This document shows positions 38,406 through 52,334 of a DNA stretch of 64,000 nt, piece by piece. Every line of letters begins with the position of its first letter. The stretch's first letter is position 1. The notes under the pieces are model-generated. The model did not search any database. It was not told the origin of the DNA and saw nothing but the letters and a program-made list of their open reading frames with translations. The DNA comes from Octopus sinensis (taxonomy: Eukaryota): NCBI RefSeq assembly GCF_006345805.1, contig NC_042999.1, positions 158,038,001-158,102,000 on the forward strand. Direction: 5' to 3'. The translations under genes and the position numbers were made by a program.

Positions 38406-38468
<63 letters not shown>

Positions 38469-38576
38469 ATATATGTATATATATATATATGTTATATATG
38501 TATATATATATATATATATGCATGTATGTGTATATATATATATATGTATGCGTGTATATATATATATATATGCGTG

Positions 38577-38654
<78 letters not shown>

Positions 38655-38702
38655 TGTATGTGTATATATATAGTATGCGTGTATATATATATATATATAT
38701 AA

Positions 38703-38889
38703 TATTAGAAAAATACCCACCTTTTATCAATTCAAAATGAATAATTAAATTACACCATCTAGAAAATTACATATAATAGAAAAGTTTTACTTTTTTAACT
38801 TATTTAACTTTTCTATTATATGTAATTTTCTAGATGGTGCAATTTATTTATTCATTTTGAATTGAAAGAAGGTGGTTTTTTTTCTAATA
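38703..38889. repeat. (TA)n-flanked fold-back with 84-bp arms and 19-bp loop
   Basis: 38703-38786 vs 38806-38889, roughly 90% complementary. Confidence 0.88.
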
Positions 38890-39110
38890 GTTTATATATA
38901 TATATTATATTGTGTGGAATTTGATTTAGTATTTCTAAATTGAATTCTTTTTCCTTGTAAGTTTGGATTTTATTCCCTCAAATAATAATTATTGTATATA
39001 CACACATATATATATGTATAAAATTAATTAAGGGTAGAAAATGATATTAGTCAATTAAAACCAGTGGTCTAGCATATTAAAAAGAATACGAAGATTAAAA
39101 TATTTATATA

Positions 39111-39332
39111 TACCAATTAAGGACTGAACACGAAAAGTGGACAGTCAACATGCTAGATATAGACGTCAAATCGCCATTCTCCACAAAAAGATTATGTTCT
39201 CAAATCAAACTCAGCACAGTGTTTTGTGCTGAGTTTGATTTGAGAACATAATCTTTTTGTGGAGAATGGCGATTTGACGTCTATATCTAGCATGTTGACT
39301 GTCCACTTTTCGTGTTCAGCCCTTAATTGGTA
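39111..39332. repeat. (TA)n-flanked near-perfect hairpin with 108-bp arms and 6-nt loop
   Basis: 39111-39218 vs 39225-39332, 1 mismatch; loop GTGTTT. Confidence 0.95.
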
Positions 39333-39392
39333 TATATATATATATATATGTACATACGCACACACACACACATACACATACACACACACGCG

Positions 39393-39437
<45 letters not shown>

Positions 39438-39574
39438 TATTGTAAGTGGGATGCGCTATCACCGCTGCGGCCGGGATTCAATTAAAAAAAACAACTTTTT
39501 TTAAGGCTGTGCTCCAGCATAGCAGCAGTCAAATGACTGAAACAAGTAAAAGAATAAAAGAATATATATATCTA

Positions 39575-39935
39575 CATGGTTCCAGGTTTAGTTCCACTGC
39601 GTGGCACCTTGGGCAAGTGTCTTCTACTATAGCCTCAGGCCGACCAAAGCCTTGTGAGCGGATTTGGTAGACGGAAACTGAAAGAAGCCCGTCGTATATA
39701 TGTATATGTATGTGTGTGTATATATGCTTGTGTTGTTGTGTTTGTCCCCCCAACATCGCTTGACAACCAATGCTGGTGTTTATGTCCCCGTAACTTAGCG
39801 GTTCGGCAAAAAGAGACCGATAGGATAAGTAATAGGTTTACAAAGAATAAGCCCTGGGGTCGATTTGCTAGACTAAAGGCGGTGCTCCAGCATGGCCGCA
39901 GTCAAATGACTGAAACAAGTAAAAGAGTAAAAGAA
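39575..39935 (+). mobile_element. SINE family A
   Basis: Partial head, body and tail match the family. Confidence 0.85.
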
Positions 39936-39946
39936 TGTTTATATAT

Positions 39947-39994
<48 letters not shown>

Positions 39995-40347
39995 TAAAGA
40001 GTTGGTCAATAATGGAGTAAATTCAATAGCGTAGTCTAGAATACTAAAAGTCTTTATTGTTTATTGTATGTGCTTACTGATTAGCACTGATTAAGTTGAC
40101 CTATGATCAAAAGCATTCTAACCACGATAATTTCGTTTTTACTTTTTAGGCTGCGTGTTCAGCACCCCTTCATTCAATTTATCTGCAAAAGTATGCGTCT
40201 GTGTGGATGTGTATGTGAGTGCGTGTAAAAGGAAATGAAATACTAAACAAGCAAAACACGTGATTAATAATTCGAACGATGTATAAACATTTCAACCAGA
40301 AAGTTGTGACCATCTGTACAAAAACAACAAGAAAAGGAAGGAGAAGA

Positions 40348-40436
<89 letters not shown>

Positions 40437-41068
40437 TACTACCACTACCACCACTACTATTACTACTATTACTACACTTCACTGATCATTGAAACTCTTG
40501 TTAAAAGGAGTGGCTACTTACTGAGGTTTCCTGTCATCCTTTGCTACCTAAAATTGAGTTTCTAGACCCTGAAAGGCACATCCTGTAAAATGTCAAATGT
40601 TTCGATTTGTTCTTGTAACGAGTGGGTGTTTTTATTCTTTTTTTCCCTTTTTCTCATTGAAATATGTAAAATGACCAGACTTTAAGGCTGGGAAACTCAT
40701 TATGTTTCTCCGTAAATAATGTCACCAGGGCCATATCCTGTCTAGATACCAAGCTTTCTTCTTGGATAAAAAGATGTTTTAGATATCTACATTCGGAAGG
40801 ATAGAATTAGTAAAACTAGAAATAACCATAAATATTTCAAGAATGAATATTACTAAAAGCTGGTATTAAGACAGCGAGCTGGCAGGATCGTTAGCGGCAT
40901 GTCATGCGTCTTTACGTTCCGAGTTCAAATTCCGCCGGGGTCGACTTGGTCTTTCATCCTTCCAGGGTCGATAAAATGAGTACCAGTTGTGCATTGGAGT
41001 CAATGTAATTGACTTATCCTATTTCTTGAACTTACTGGCCTTATGCCAAAGTTTTAAACCAATATTAA

Positions 41069-41283
41069 CCCTTTCGTTACTGAATTTATTTAGAGATGCT
41101 CTGTGTTTCTTTGAATTACTTTAAATATAACAAAGAATTTAGTAAAATAACTTCATTCAGCTAGTGTTAAGAACATAAATTGTGAATTAGATTTGGTGGA
41201 AGATTTTAATTCAAAATTTATGAAAACAAGACATGTATATTAAAGATCCACATCCAGTTTCAGCCGGGTTGGTAACGAAAGGG
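41069..41283. mobile_element. piggyBac-type MITE (215 bp)
   Basis: TTAA|CCCTTTCGTTAC ... GTAACGAAAGGG|TTAA. Confidence 0.85.
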
Positions 41284-41930
41284 TTAAAAGCTGTTACTAT
41301 GGTGGCCAGCTGACAGAATCATATATATGATGGACTACTTCCAGTTTTCGTCTTCCAAACCACTCACAAGGCTTTGGTCGGCCCGAGGCTATAGTAGAAG
41401 ACACTTGCCCAGGACAGATTTATGTCTATGAAACAACATATATAATAACAGATAAGCATATAGTCTTTTTCATTCGCAAAATGAGCACCCTTTAATTTTG
41501 CTGAGATTGGTGTATCGATGCAACTCTGGATTTTGATTACGATCAACCAATTACTTCATCTCTTAAATTAAAGAATCTGATGTTATTTGGAATTAAACTT
41601 GGGAAATCTGGGTAATTTTAGCAAGTCAATAGACAGCGAGGTAATAACAACTTGTTACCATGACAACACACATTGTGTTGTGTTGCACCCGCACAACACA
41701 AGATTTACTTCACCCGCGTGTTTTGTTCTAATAAAAATTTATATCTATGAATTAGAATTTTATTGTTGACACTTTTTGCCTATCGTCTTAATATTTTACA
41801 TAGTATTCATATATAGCAGTTGTTTGCGATGTCTATACAGTTTCTTGGCCTTATGAAGGTGAATGGAATATATGAACTTAGTACAGATAGTTTGACATTA
41901 TTTTAATTGTGCATACAAAAGCATATAAGA

Positions 41931-42336
41931 TACTCTTTACTCTCTTTTACTCTTTTACATGTTTCAGTCATTTGACTGCGGCCATGCTGGAGCACCGCCT
42001 TTAGTCGAGCAAATCGACCCCGGGACTTATTCTTTGCAAGCCCAGTACTTATTCTATCGGTCTCTTTTGCCGAACCGCTAAGTGACGGGGACGTAAACAC
42101 ACCAGCATCGGTTGTCAATCAATGCTAGGGGGACAAACACAGACACACACACACTCACACACATATATATACATATATACGACGGGCTTCTTTCAGTTTC
42201 CGTCTACCAAATCCACTCACAAGGCATTGGTCGGCCTATAGCAGAAGACACTTGCCCAAGGTGCCACGCAGTGGGACTGAACCCGGAACCATGTGATTGG
42301 TTAGCAAGCTACTTACCACACAGCCACTCCTGCGCC
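41931..42336 (-). mobile_element. SINE family A, full length
   Basis: Reverse complement of the family consensus from head to tail. Confidence 0.9.
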
Positions 42337-42768
42337 TATACGGGTATTTTTTTTCTTGGGACAAATTCTTGACCAGTGTTATTCTTATCCTAGTTCACAA
42401 ATCCAAGCATGAAAACGTTACTCAACTTTGAAGTTTTGGAGATAGACGCTCCCTTTTCACACAAACACGCGCGCGCGCACACATACACAGACAGACATAC
42501 ACACAGACACACACACACGAACTTATATATCAATGATGTACGCAGATACATGACTGGTTATCATAATACTGAAATACGCATAAAGTACACACATGCAGAC
42601 AAAATACAATAATATAACAAATTAAAAAAACAAAAAAAAACATACAATCAATGAAGAGACAAAAGATACAGTAAGATGATAGATGTTGATTTTATTAGGG
42701 ATTTCTGTTTACTTAGAAACCTGCAATGAAATTAGGTATTTCTGTTTATTTAGAAACTATAAATTTCA

Positions 42769-43560
42769 CAGGGTACAGCATTAAAGGTGACACCGGTCCG
42801 CTAAACGCAGAAAATTTCTGTTTCGCAATTGGCTATAAATACAGTTTTTTTTTTTCAATTTTTAAACCTCTGTAACTTTTTCCTCAAATTTTATTCTCCA
42901 CAACATCATACCTTCATAGCAATTAGACTGGAAAACTTTATTATTACAGCCGATTTTCAGATTTCTTTTACTGTATTTAAAAAAATGCATATTTTGCGAA
43001 TGAAAAAAAAAAGGTCCACAGATAATAACTTTATTTATCAAAAAAATGCTATGAGAATTAAAAAAAAAAACCTTCTTTTCTATAATGTTATTCAATAAAG
43101 CCCCCTTCGGCTTCAAAAACTGCTTCTATATGAGATCTAAATCACCTACATGCTCAAATCAAGTGGTCCATTTTGGACATTACTCTGACTATGGCAGCTT
43201 TCAAAGAATCTTTGGTGTTATGGGCGTATTCATTGACCTCTCGCTTAACAACGTTCCACATGTAATAGTCCAATGGATTGAGATCTGGGGAATTAGGAGG
43301 CCAAATGTTAGGGGTTATGTGATCATGAAAATTTTCAGTTAGCCATTCCTATGTTACTAGAGCCATGTGTGATAGTGCAGAGATTTACTGAAACACATAT
43401 GGCCTTCCATTCTATACAATGTCTATCCAGGGTTTAATTATTTCCAGGACCTCAATGTAGTTGGAAGACTTAACTCTAAGGCCTTGTGGAAAGAAGTAAG
43501 AAGGCATCACTTGTCCTTCATTGCTGACAATCCCTAAAACAATGATAATTGCAGGAAATT
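42769..43560 (-). mobile_element. Tc1/mariner transposase 3' fragment (WPPNSPDLNPLDY type)
   Basis: Minus strand reads PNIWPPNSPDLNPLDYYMWNVVKREVN...EAEGGFIE*; a CAGGG terminus lies near 42769. Confidence 0.75.
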
Positions 43561-43944
43561 TTGTATACTTGAAACTTCAGAAGGGTCTGCACATAACCAT
43601 CTGCCATTTCGTCTGTTAACTTTTTGATCTTGTTTTTCTCGTTCGAGAAAAATCAAATAAAACCTTCTGCTGGATTTTTCTGTTTGTTTAAGAGCCTTTT
43701 AGATCTGATGTAGTGATTTATTATTATTTGTTTTGTTGCTTTTTCTGATAAATTTACCTTTCCTCATCATATAAGACTTATATCTCATATCTTCGTGGAC
43801 AACATTTCTGACTGTTCCTTCTGACACACGGAGATCTTTTCGCAATTTAGAAATTTAGAAATCATCTGTTGGTACATAGGCTGCAAGATAGGGGTTGCGT
43901 GAAAAGTATAGAAATTTCATGAATTTAGGTTCGTCTAGGATATC

Positions 43945-45114
43945 ATCTTCTAAATTAGGAGGTGAGTTGGAGCATTGTCGAGGATGAGGAGCGTCTTGAG
44001 AGGAAGATCATTTTCCAGAAGGTTGACCCTCTCGATGAAGAATTTTCCTTCAACATGGCTTGCAGCTTCTCCTTCAGGATTTTGTAGGACTTGAACGCTC
44101 GTGGGTTTTCAGAATAGTAGACAAGGAGCGGCTTCATCTTCAAGTCTCCACTCGTGTTGGCACAAAGAGCAAGAGTTAGCCTATCTTTCATAGGCTTGTG
44201 ACATGACATTTTCTTCTAATCTGCAGTTATGGAGGGTCTTCTGAGCATTTGTGTTTTCAAAAAAGCTCAGTTTCACTCACAGTTGAATAGCTGTTGTGCG
44301 ACGCACCCTTAGCCTGAGATGAGCTGACGGAATTCACGAACGAAATCTTCAGCTGCCTTCGTATCAAAACTCGCCCCTTCTTCACATCTCATGACGATAG
44401 TAACACCAGTCCTTTTCTTGAAATTATCGAACCAACCGCGACTGGCCTTAAATGAGTCTTCTGATGTCTTCTCTGTCGCTGTTCCAGGATCCTGCTTCAG
44501 GAGATCCTCGTACAGCGCTCGTACTTTCTTGGAGATGATGGTCTCCGTAATCGTATCCCCTGCGAGTTGCTTCTCGTTGATCCATAAAAGAAGCAAATTT
44601 TCCATCTCTTCATAGACAGATGTGCGTTGCTTGGAGACTCTAGAGACTGTCTTTGCTGTTCTAACGGCCTTGATCTCGTCCTTTTTCTTCAGGATGGTGC
44701 AGAACGTCGACGTGCTATGTCTACTACACTCTCCCATGTTTATCAATGACACCCTTCTTCAATTCTATCGTAATCAGCTTTCTTCTTCTTAGCGCTGTCT
44801 TTTGCTCTAACCTTCTTAGGACCCATGGCTAACAAAACCAACCTTTATAAAATAATAGCAAAAAACGCACAAAACGAAAACGAAAACACTGGGGAAACCA
44901 CAACGGGGATACTACCACGTGATGAACACGTGAAGTGGGCGAGCGGAGTCTCTGTTGGGAGAACGCGTGCGAGCTCAGCGACGACTAGCGGTCGCTTGTA
45001 ACTCGCTCTTACTGCGGATTTTCACTCGTAGTTCAAGACAAAAATTTGTACGAGCCGAGGCTCGTACACCAAATTACTTGTACAATGGTGCACTCGGACT
45101 GCGAGCTTCCCCTG
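43945..45114 (-). mobile_element. Decayed pogo/Tigger transposon (CENP-B HTH and start of DDE domain)
   Basis: Motifs STFCTILKKK, LLLLWINEKQLAGD, FKASRGWFDNFKKR, KDRLTLALCANTSGDLKMKPLLVY and SENPRAFK; terminus ...CCCCTG-TA at 45114. Confidence 0.88.
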
Positions 45115-45129
45115 TATATACATACGTAC

Positions 45130-46085
45130 TTATACACCTTCTCCTCGACTTACGACCTATGCGATTTACGACCACAAAAATAAAATACATAAAAAGTCGA
45201 TTTTAATATGTTGATTAGCTGCGTGTACGACAACTATAGAAGTATCTGGCAACGCAGGCTTCCCTCAGACCCAGGCACCCACAGCCTACTACTGTCATTG
45301 AGTCGCTTTCAAGCATCGGTTGCCTATGGATTTGTTACAACTGTATCTCAAAATACCACTAAAATGACTGGTAAAAGGAAAATGCTTTCATCTACAGATG
45401 CGCCAGCTAAAACGTAATAGAAAGCTATCGATTTAAACCTTAAAATGGAGATTATCCTGCAGTGTGAAGACGGAAAGAAAGTGAATACAATAGCAATAGT
45501 TATGGCATTCCACGGTATTGACGATACTTAAGGTCAAAGAAAGAATTTGTAAAGCTGTAAAAGGTTCTGAACCTATGAAGTTTACAATTTTAACCAAACA
45601 ACAGAGATCCATCTATGAAATGTAGAAATTATTATTCATGGAAGATTTATTAATAATAATAATGGAGGCGCAATGGCCCAGTGGTTAGGGCAGTACTCTT
45701 TCACCACAACTTTCTCTCACTCTTACTTCCTGTTTCTATTGTACCTGTATTTCAAGGGGCCGGCCTTGTCACTCTCTGTGTCACGCTGAATATCCCCGAG
45801 AACTACGTTAAGGGTACACGTGTCTGTGGAGTGCTCAGCCACTTACACGTTAATTTCACGAGCAGGCTGTTCCGTTGATTCGGATCAACCGGAACCCTCA
45901 TCGTCGTAACCGACGGAGTGCTTCCAGTAATAATAATAAAAGACACCACTGAGCCTTCTCACAGTGCAAACAAAGACTAGAAGCCTGTTTCAGACTTTCA
46001 AATCAAGCTACGGAGACGATTATTTTTCCCATTATGTACAATAATTATGGACAAAATTTTTGTGTTTTATATTTTCCTAACCTGT
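45130..46085 (+). mobile_element. Tigger-type deletion derivative, copy 1, carrying a SINE in its (AAT)n tract
   Basis: TIR-like CCTCGACTTACGACC; N-terminal MTGKRK...QCEDGKKV; co-linear with 47545-47925. Confidence 0.7.
45664..45927 (+). mobile_element. tRNA(Arg)-like SINE (OR type, tail 1) with internal deletion that removes the B box
   Basis: The head GGAGGCGCAATGGCCCAGTGGTTAGGGCAG joins directly to TACTCTTTCACC. The element sits within (AAT)n on both sides. Confidence 0.8.
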
Positions 46086-46829
46086 TTGAATGAAAACAAT
46101 GTAGAAAAATATAAATCCGACAGACGACCAGATCAATTTACGACCTATCAGTCGGAACAGAAATCGGTCGTGTGTCGAGAAGAAGGTGCGTATATATACA
46201 AGATGGCCAAAATGTATGTTTACCGTTATCACGTAGGTACTTCAAATTTCTTTTAAAACATTTTATTTACATTTAAATTTCTATCTTACAAACTGAAAAA
46301 GGAGCTTGACAAAATTAACTAAATTTGCATAGAATAATGGTTTCATATTTTTTTATAATTAAAATCTAAACTGTTAATATATGAATGCAAGAGATAGTTG
46401 AATAACTGTAACTGTAAACCTACTTTTAGGCCACACTGTATATATATATATATATATTGGCCTGCTCGCTTAGCCAGCGGGGTGGCGTCATTCGAAGGGT
46501 AAAACAATGCGAACGCATTGTGACCAGCGATGTGTAACTACATCTGATGGACTGGTCGGTCACGTGATCACGTGATATATATATATATATATATATACAC
46601 ATACACAACGGTCTTCTTTCAGTTTCCGTCTACCGATACACTCACAAAGCTTTGGTCGACCCGAAGCTATAGTAGAAAACATCTGCCCAAGGTTCCACGC
46701 AGTGGAACTGAACCCAGAACCGTGTGGTTGGGAAGCAAGCTTCTTACCACTTATCCACGCCTGCGCATGTGTGTTTATGTAGTTTGTATATATTAGGAGC
46801 AATCATCTAAGTACCCTCTCATTGTCCAC

Positions 46830-47510
46830 GAGCCGGTTTGTCAAGGCTCTCCAGTTCCTTGAGCTTTGTGGTGCCTGTATGTAGTCAACCAGGCTTAGGT
46901 TTCCACTCAGTTGTTTGATGTTTTCACTTTACAAACGTTGTTGACGGCCTCTTGCTCGCTTCTCTTTTACACTTCCTGTTGGGCAGAGACTCCTGTTGCC
47001 TTCTGTGAAAAAAATATGATGCCTTTGTGAACTTGATTCTCGAAAAAATGTGTCTTTGAACTTTTAGCTTTTCTAGTAGCATTTCTTAATCTGATTCTCA
47101 GTTTGTGAACTATCAGCATCTCAAGGGCTTCTATTTTCTTTTCCATTTATACTTAGTCCAAGTTTCTGTCCTATAAAGGACAGGTACTATGATATAACTG
47201 TTTACTCGCCTCAGTTTTAAATGCTATGTTATGTCTTTTGACAAGATTTTTTTCAATCTTATAAATGTTATGTTAACTTTTTCTATTCTTTGATTAACTT
47301 TTTCACAACAGCTTTTCTGATTTATTATTTGTTCTTGAAAGTTTTTACTTGTTCAAGCTTTTATCTGTTTTCCTTCATATTTGCTTCCTTTTCTTCTGTC
47401 TTATTGAAAACTATTGTCGTTGTCATTTTTACATTCATATTTAGGTCCTTCTTGGCATTGTTCTTTTATAAATTCAACAATTTCTTGTAACAGGGAAATT
47501 ACAAGAAATT
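46830..47510 (-). mobile_element. Highly decayed LINE RT C-terminal fragment (possibly RTE-like)
   Basis: Minus-strand remnant KKIEALEMLIVHKLRIRL with many stops. Confidence 0.3.
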
Positions 47511-47544
47511 GTTTATGTTGTAAAAAAACAAAATTGTCTACACA

Positions 47545-47925
47545 CACATGCAGTGTGAAGACGGAATGAAAGTGAATATAATAGCAAGTGACTTGAAGTT
47601 ATCGCATTCCACGGTATTGACGATATCAAAGGTCAAGGAAAGAATTCGTAAAGCTGTAAAAGATTCTGATCCTATGAAGTTTACAATTTTAACCAAACAG
47701 CTACAGAGATCCATCTATGAAATGGAGAAATTATTATTCATGTGGATGGAAGATTTAATAATAATAATAATAATAAAAAGACACCCATGAGCCTTCTCAC
47801 AGTGCAAGCAAAGGCTAGATGTCTGTTTCAGACTTTCAAATCAAGCTCCGGAGACGATAATTTCTCCCATTATGTACAATAATTATGGACAAAATTTTTG
47901 TGTTTTATATTTCATAACCTGTTTA
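47545..47925 (+). mobile_element. Tigger-type deletion derivative, copy 2 (empty AAT site)
   Basis: MQCEDGMKVNIIASDLKLSHSTVLTI...EMEKLLFMWMED, followed by the same downstream sequence as 45935-46085. Confidence 0.75.
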
Positions 47926-49558
47926 TATGTATTGGTTCTTGAGCCATTGCTGCGGAAGGTGGAGGCACTAGTGGGTGCTCTGCATGATCTTTGGTGGGGA
48001 AGAAAAGCTACGGCGTATGCGGATGACAGCTCCATCATCGTGGCGGATGAGGGCTAGCTTCCAGTGGCGGAAGAGGCCATCAAAAGTTACGAGGCGGTGG
48101 CAGAAGTAAAGGTTAACAAGGACAAGACGGTCGGTGGGCAACTCGGCACCTGGAGGGGAAAGCCGATGGCATCCAATAACGTCGTGGGGCGTTGGACGAA
48201 AGGTCCTGTTAAGCTGCTCCGAGTCCGGTTTGGTCTGGACCTCCAGACAGATAAAAATTGGAGTGAGGTGACCGGGTTTGGGTGGGCGTTATCCTTGCTA
48301 GAGAGGGCGGAGGTGGTGCAGATGTTTATAGCATCAGTTATCATCTAGCGTCTGACCTTGGTGCCTTGCCCCGATTTGTGGCTGAACAAGTTGGAGAGAA
48401 TCATTTTCCGCTTTTCGCGGAAGGGAGGAAACCTCTTGTGAAGCGCTCTGTCTTCTACCAGAAACCGCTAAAGGGTGGATTAGGGATACCTTGGATGAAA
48501 ATGCGAAAATTCGCGTTAAGGTTGAGGCACTTCTTGCTTTACCTGGATGGAGAGCAGGTGTGGTCATTGCATGTCCAGTTCTATCTTCAGCAGTTAACGT
48601 CCTTAACGGACATTGGTACATGGATCAAACAGAGACCTAGGCTGGGGTACTGGCAATTGGAGTGTCGTCAGGCACTTCAGCTATTCTCTCGGGCGGGCAA
48701 TGCCGGCGGCAGGAGTTCCAACTCGGATTTTTATAGCAGATTGGTGGAGTATATGTTCGAAGACGCCTTAAGGGAGACCCTGGGCTACGATGAAAATCAG
48801 TTGATCAACCTGTTCAGGAGAGCTTTCGGGCCAGGGTATCTGGACAATTACCAGAAATTCCTGGCTTGGCAGTGCTTCCGTGCGGCGTTACCTGTTCATG
48901 ATAAACGGTCAAGGCACGGAAGTGCCGTCTCGCCGACATGTCCGAGGTGCGGGTGGGAGGGAAACCGTCTTGCACGCATTTGTGGAGTGTCCGGAATTAA
49001 CGAGACTGATAACTTTCACAGAAAAACTGTTGTCATCGATGGGAAGAGTACAGCTATCGGCTGAGTCTATCATCGAGATTGTGCCGCCTCCTTCCCTTAA
49101 GAGGGAGAGGAAGGCTTGCTTTTTCTTTGTAGTAGCCATACTGAAAGGAATAGTGAAAGGAATAGTGACGGGTACCTATGTATCTGGCCAAGTATCGGTT
49201 AACTTTTTTAGGTACCACCTCAGTAGTAAGATCAGGCTGGAGAAGAGGTACCTGTCACGAGAAAGATTCGAGAAAAGATGGAAGCTTGTGGCAAGAAAGC
49301 TGGGAGTGAGTGGCACCAAGTAAGTGGAGTCCCGGAAGAAAAGCAAAGGTTCTACCCTGGTGGTCGGATGCCTTTCATTCAAGGAATACACTGCATGTTG
49401 CAGTGTGTGTCATAATCGTACTTTTATATAAATTTTAAACTGTAATTTTTAAACAATTCATCATTCGATAAAATGAAAATTTTAATCGTCACAGCTTCTT
49501 CACCCTTTTATGTTTGTCTGTCCTCGTTCGTCCTCTCTTTGTAATGCCTGTATGGCAA
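47926..49558 (+). mobile_element. 5'-truncated L1/Tx1-clade LINE (RT C-terminal half, CCHC finger, 3'UTR)
   Basis: Motifs YVLVLEPLLRK, AYADD, KVNKDKT, PLKGGLGIP, TCPRCG and ETVLHAFVECP; frameshifted. Confidence 0.85.
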
Positions 49559-49725
49559 ATTTGAATGAAATAAAGAAGCTTATTTCCCAACTACATGGTT
49601 CCGGGTTCAGTGCCACTGTGTGTCACCTGGGTCAAGTGTCTTCTACTATAGTTTCGGGTCGACCAAAGCCTTGTGAGTGGATTTGGTAGACGGAAACTGA
49701 AAGAAGCCCATCGTATATATATATT

Positions 49726-49771
<46 letters not shown>

Positions 49772-49899
49772 ACGGGAAGCTTTATGAAAATAAACGAAAG
49801 ACGAAGGCAGGTTTACGGAAATAAACAAAAGACGAAGGCAGGTGGAATACAAACAAACAACTGTATTAGTATGGCGCTCAGGAATATAAATAAAACAAG

Positions 49900-49937
49900 T
49901 CTTTTACGTTTCGAGCCTACGCTCTTCAACAGAAAGA
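49900..49937 (-). ncRNA. Minimal type I hammerhead-like motif with A6U core variant
   Basis: Minus strand reads ucuuu-CUGUUGA-A-gag(cguagg)cuc-GAAAC-GUA-aaaga, with a 5-bp stem I and palindromic ACGU stem III. A degenerate sister copy lies at ~38083-38118 (+). Confidence 0.55.
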
Positions 49938-52334
49938 TACACAGAGAAAAAACACAGAAAGAAGGAGAGAAAAAAATGCGTGCAGAGGCTAGCGAATCAA
50001 CATGGCGATATATATATATGTGTGTGTGTGTGTGTCTGTGTGTGTGTGTGTCTGTGTGTTTGTCCTCCCATCACCGAGTGACAACCGGTGTTGGTGTGTT
50101 TACGTCCTCAAAACTTAGCAGTTCGGCAAAAGAGACTGATAGAATAAGAACTAGGTTTTTAAAAAATAATCTCTGGGATCGATTTATTCGACCAAAATCC
50201 TTCTAATCTTGACTTAATAGTTGTTTCTAATAGAAGTAAAAGGCCCGGAGGAGAATTAATCGATTTTAAATCAGCTTATACTTTATTTTATAGACTCCGT
50301 AAGGATGAAAGACAAACCTGACTTTGACTGGATTTGAACGTAAAAAGTAAAGAGCCGCAATTAAATATAACTGCACACGTCCGATATACAAAAGATTCGA
50401 TCATGATGTAATAATTATTAGTAATAGGTAACATAAGAGTGGGAGCGTATAAATATAATCGGTGGTGGACCAGATTAAATGCTCTTTTGGTATTTAATGA
50501 GGATTGGCTCTCTCCTTCATTCTTCTTTGGTCGAAAAATAAGTACCACACATATACAGGCTTCTAATCTCCTGTGTTCTTACCCTAAAATTCGTGACCTT
50601 ATCTAATATAAGAATTCACCATGAAATGTAATTCTGCAGCTAATTGATTTTCGTCACATTTCTGTTGATAAATTGATCTACGAATTCCAAATTGAAAGCA
50701 TAAGTAATGTCTTTGAAATGTTGAATGCGCTTTGTGCTATGCTTTTGTTAGATATTACCAAACAAACAATGGTTTAGTGACTGATGTATGGCCAATAAAG
50801 GAGACTGAAAATTTATTGGATGTCGTTAAGAAAAGACACAAGTTTGTTATGGGTTATGTTAGGTCGTTCTTTGCACAAAGGTGACACCAGTGAATTAATA
50901 AAATTGAGGCATAAAATTCACTGGAAAATTGCAATGATATTTCTTTTAATATCAAGTTTTGGCACTTCCTTTTTATTAATTAAAGTTATGAAACTTCTAC
51001 TAATGCTTATATAAATGATAGGTTTCATTTGGACACATAATTGATATCTATAGTAGAGTGGAGACTGGCAATTGAATAAAGCCAAGAATTACGTTCAGAT
51101 ATTTTTATAGAATCCAAGCAAATGCAAGATAAAGTCAACTTGAGGAGATATAAATTCAGAGCAGTAATATTCGAAACCGTGTACTAAAGTAACATATCTC
51201 CAAGACGTTTGTTTTGTTTATAAATCTTTGTAGAATCAAAATGTGGCGAATACTTTGCAATGTACTGTTATGATCATTTTAAATTCCAGTTCAAATGTCA
51301 CCAGGTTTGGCCTTGCCTTTCAATTATCTGTGGACGGTAAAACAAATAACTGTCAACTAGTAAGATCGATCTGTGCGACTCTACTGTTTTCCATGCTAAT
51401 TTTCTATAATTGATCTTGTACCAATTTTACAAAATAAATACTAGCCAGTCTATTTAATTAAATAGTCCTTCCCCGATTTGTCATTTTGTGTCAACGATAT
51501 AACTCAATATTCATTTTTAAATTTAGCAGAAAACCAAATAATAACGAGGTATGAGTATACCTGATTGGATTTGCCAACTGTACCTTACTGGTATTTATCC
51601 ATTAACAAGAGCTGAAAGACAGTATTGACTCAGATGCATTTGGATTCATTGGTCAAGTTCAAGTTTGACTTTCATACTTTTGGGGTCGATAAAATAAAGT
51701 AACAGTCAATAACTGAATGCGGCATACAGTCGTCCATACGTCTCGTAGAAATTAAAATCTTCGTACTTATGCTTGAAATCAAGAATAAAAGTAACGTGGA
51801 GGTTTTCGAAACCGCGATGACAAGCTAAAACTCTGAATGTTTTAAGGTCAAATCCTGTATCAACGACATTAAGTTTTATTACTCTGATATCGATGAAATA
51901 AAGTTTTTTTAATATCGTGAGACATCTATTCAATTGATTATATATTCTATTATACCTATCATCAATATACTGCTATACTATTTATGATCAATATTATAAA
52001 TATTCATATCGTATTAATGAATAAAGTAACAAATAGTGTTTACAGTACCGCCACACATAAACGACTTATTTCTTTTGTATGTTCTACAAATATATTAGAT
52101 TTCCAACATTAAAGCAGATGTCCATTGCTTTAAACGTAGCTATTATACTGAGAAAGATAAGAGATATAAATTAATTCTATATAAGTAAATATGTGTAAAC
52201 CTTGAAATGCTCAAGAAAGAACATACGAATCTAGCAACCGAGGGATCAAATTCACAGTCTAGTTGTATCATCACCAACATCACTGCTATTCGAACCTTAC
52301 GTTTTGCTTAGTTAAGATGTTAGGATGTTTATAT

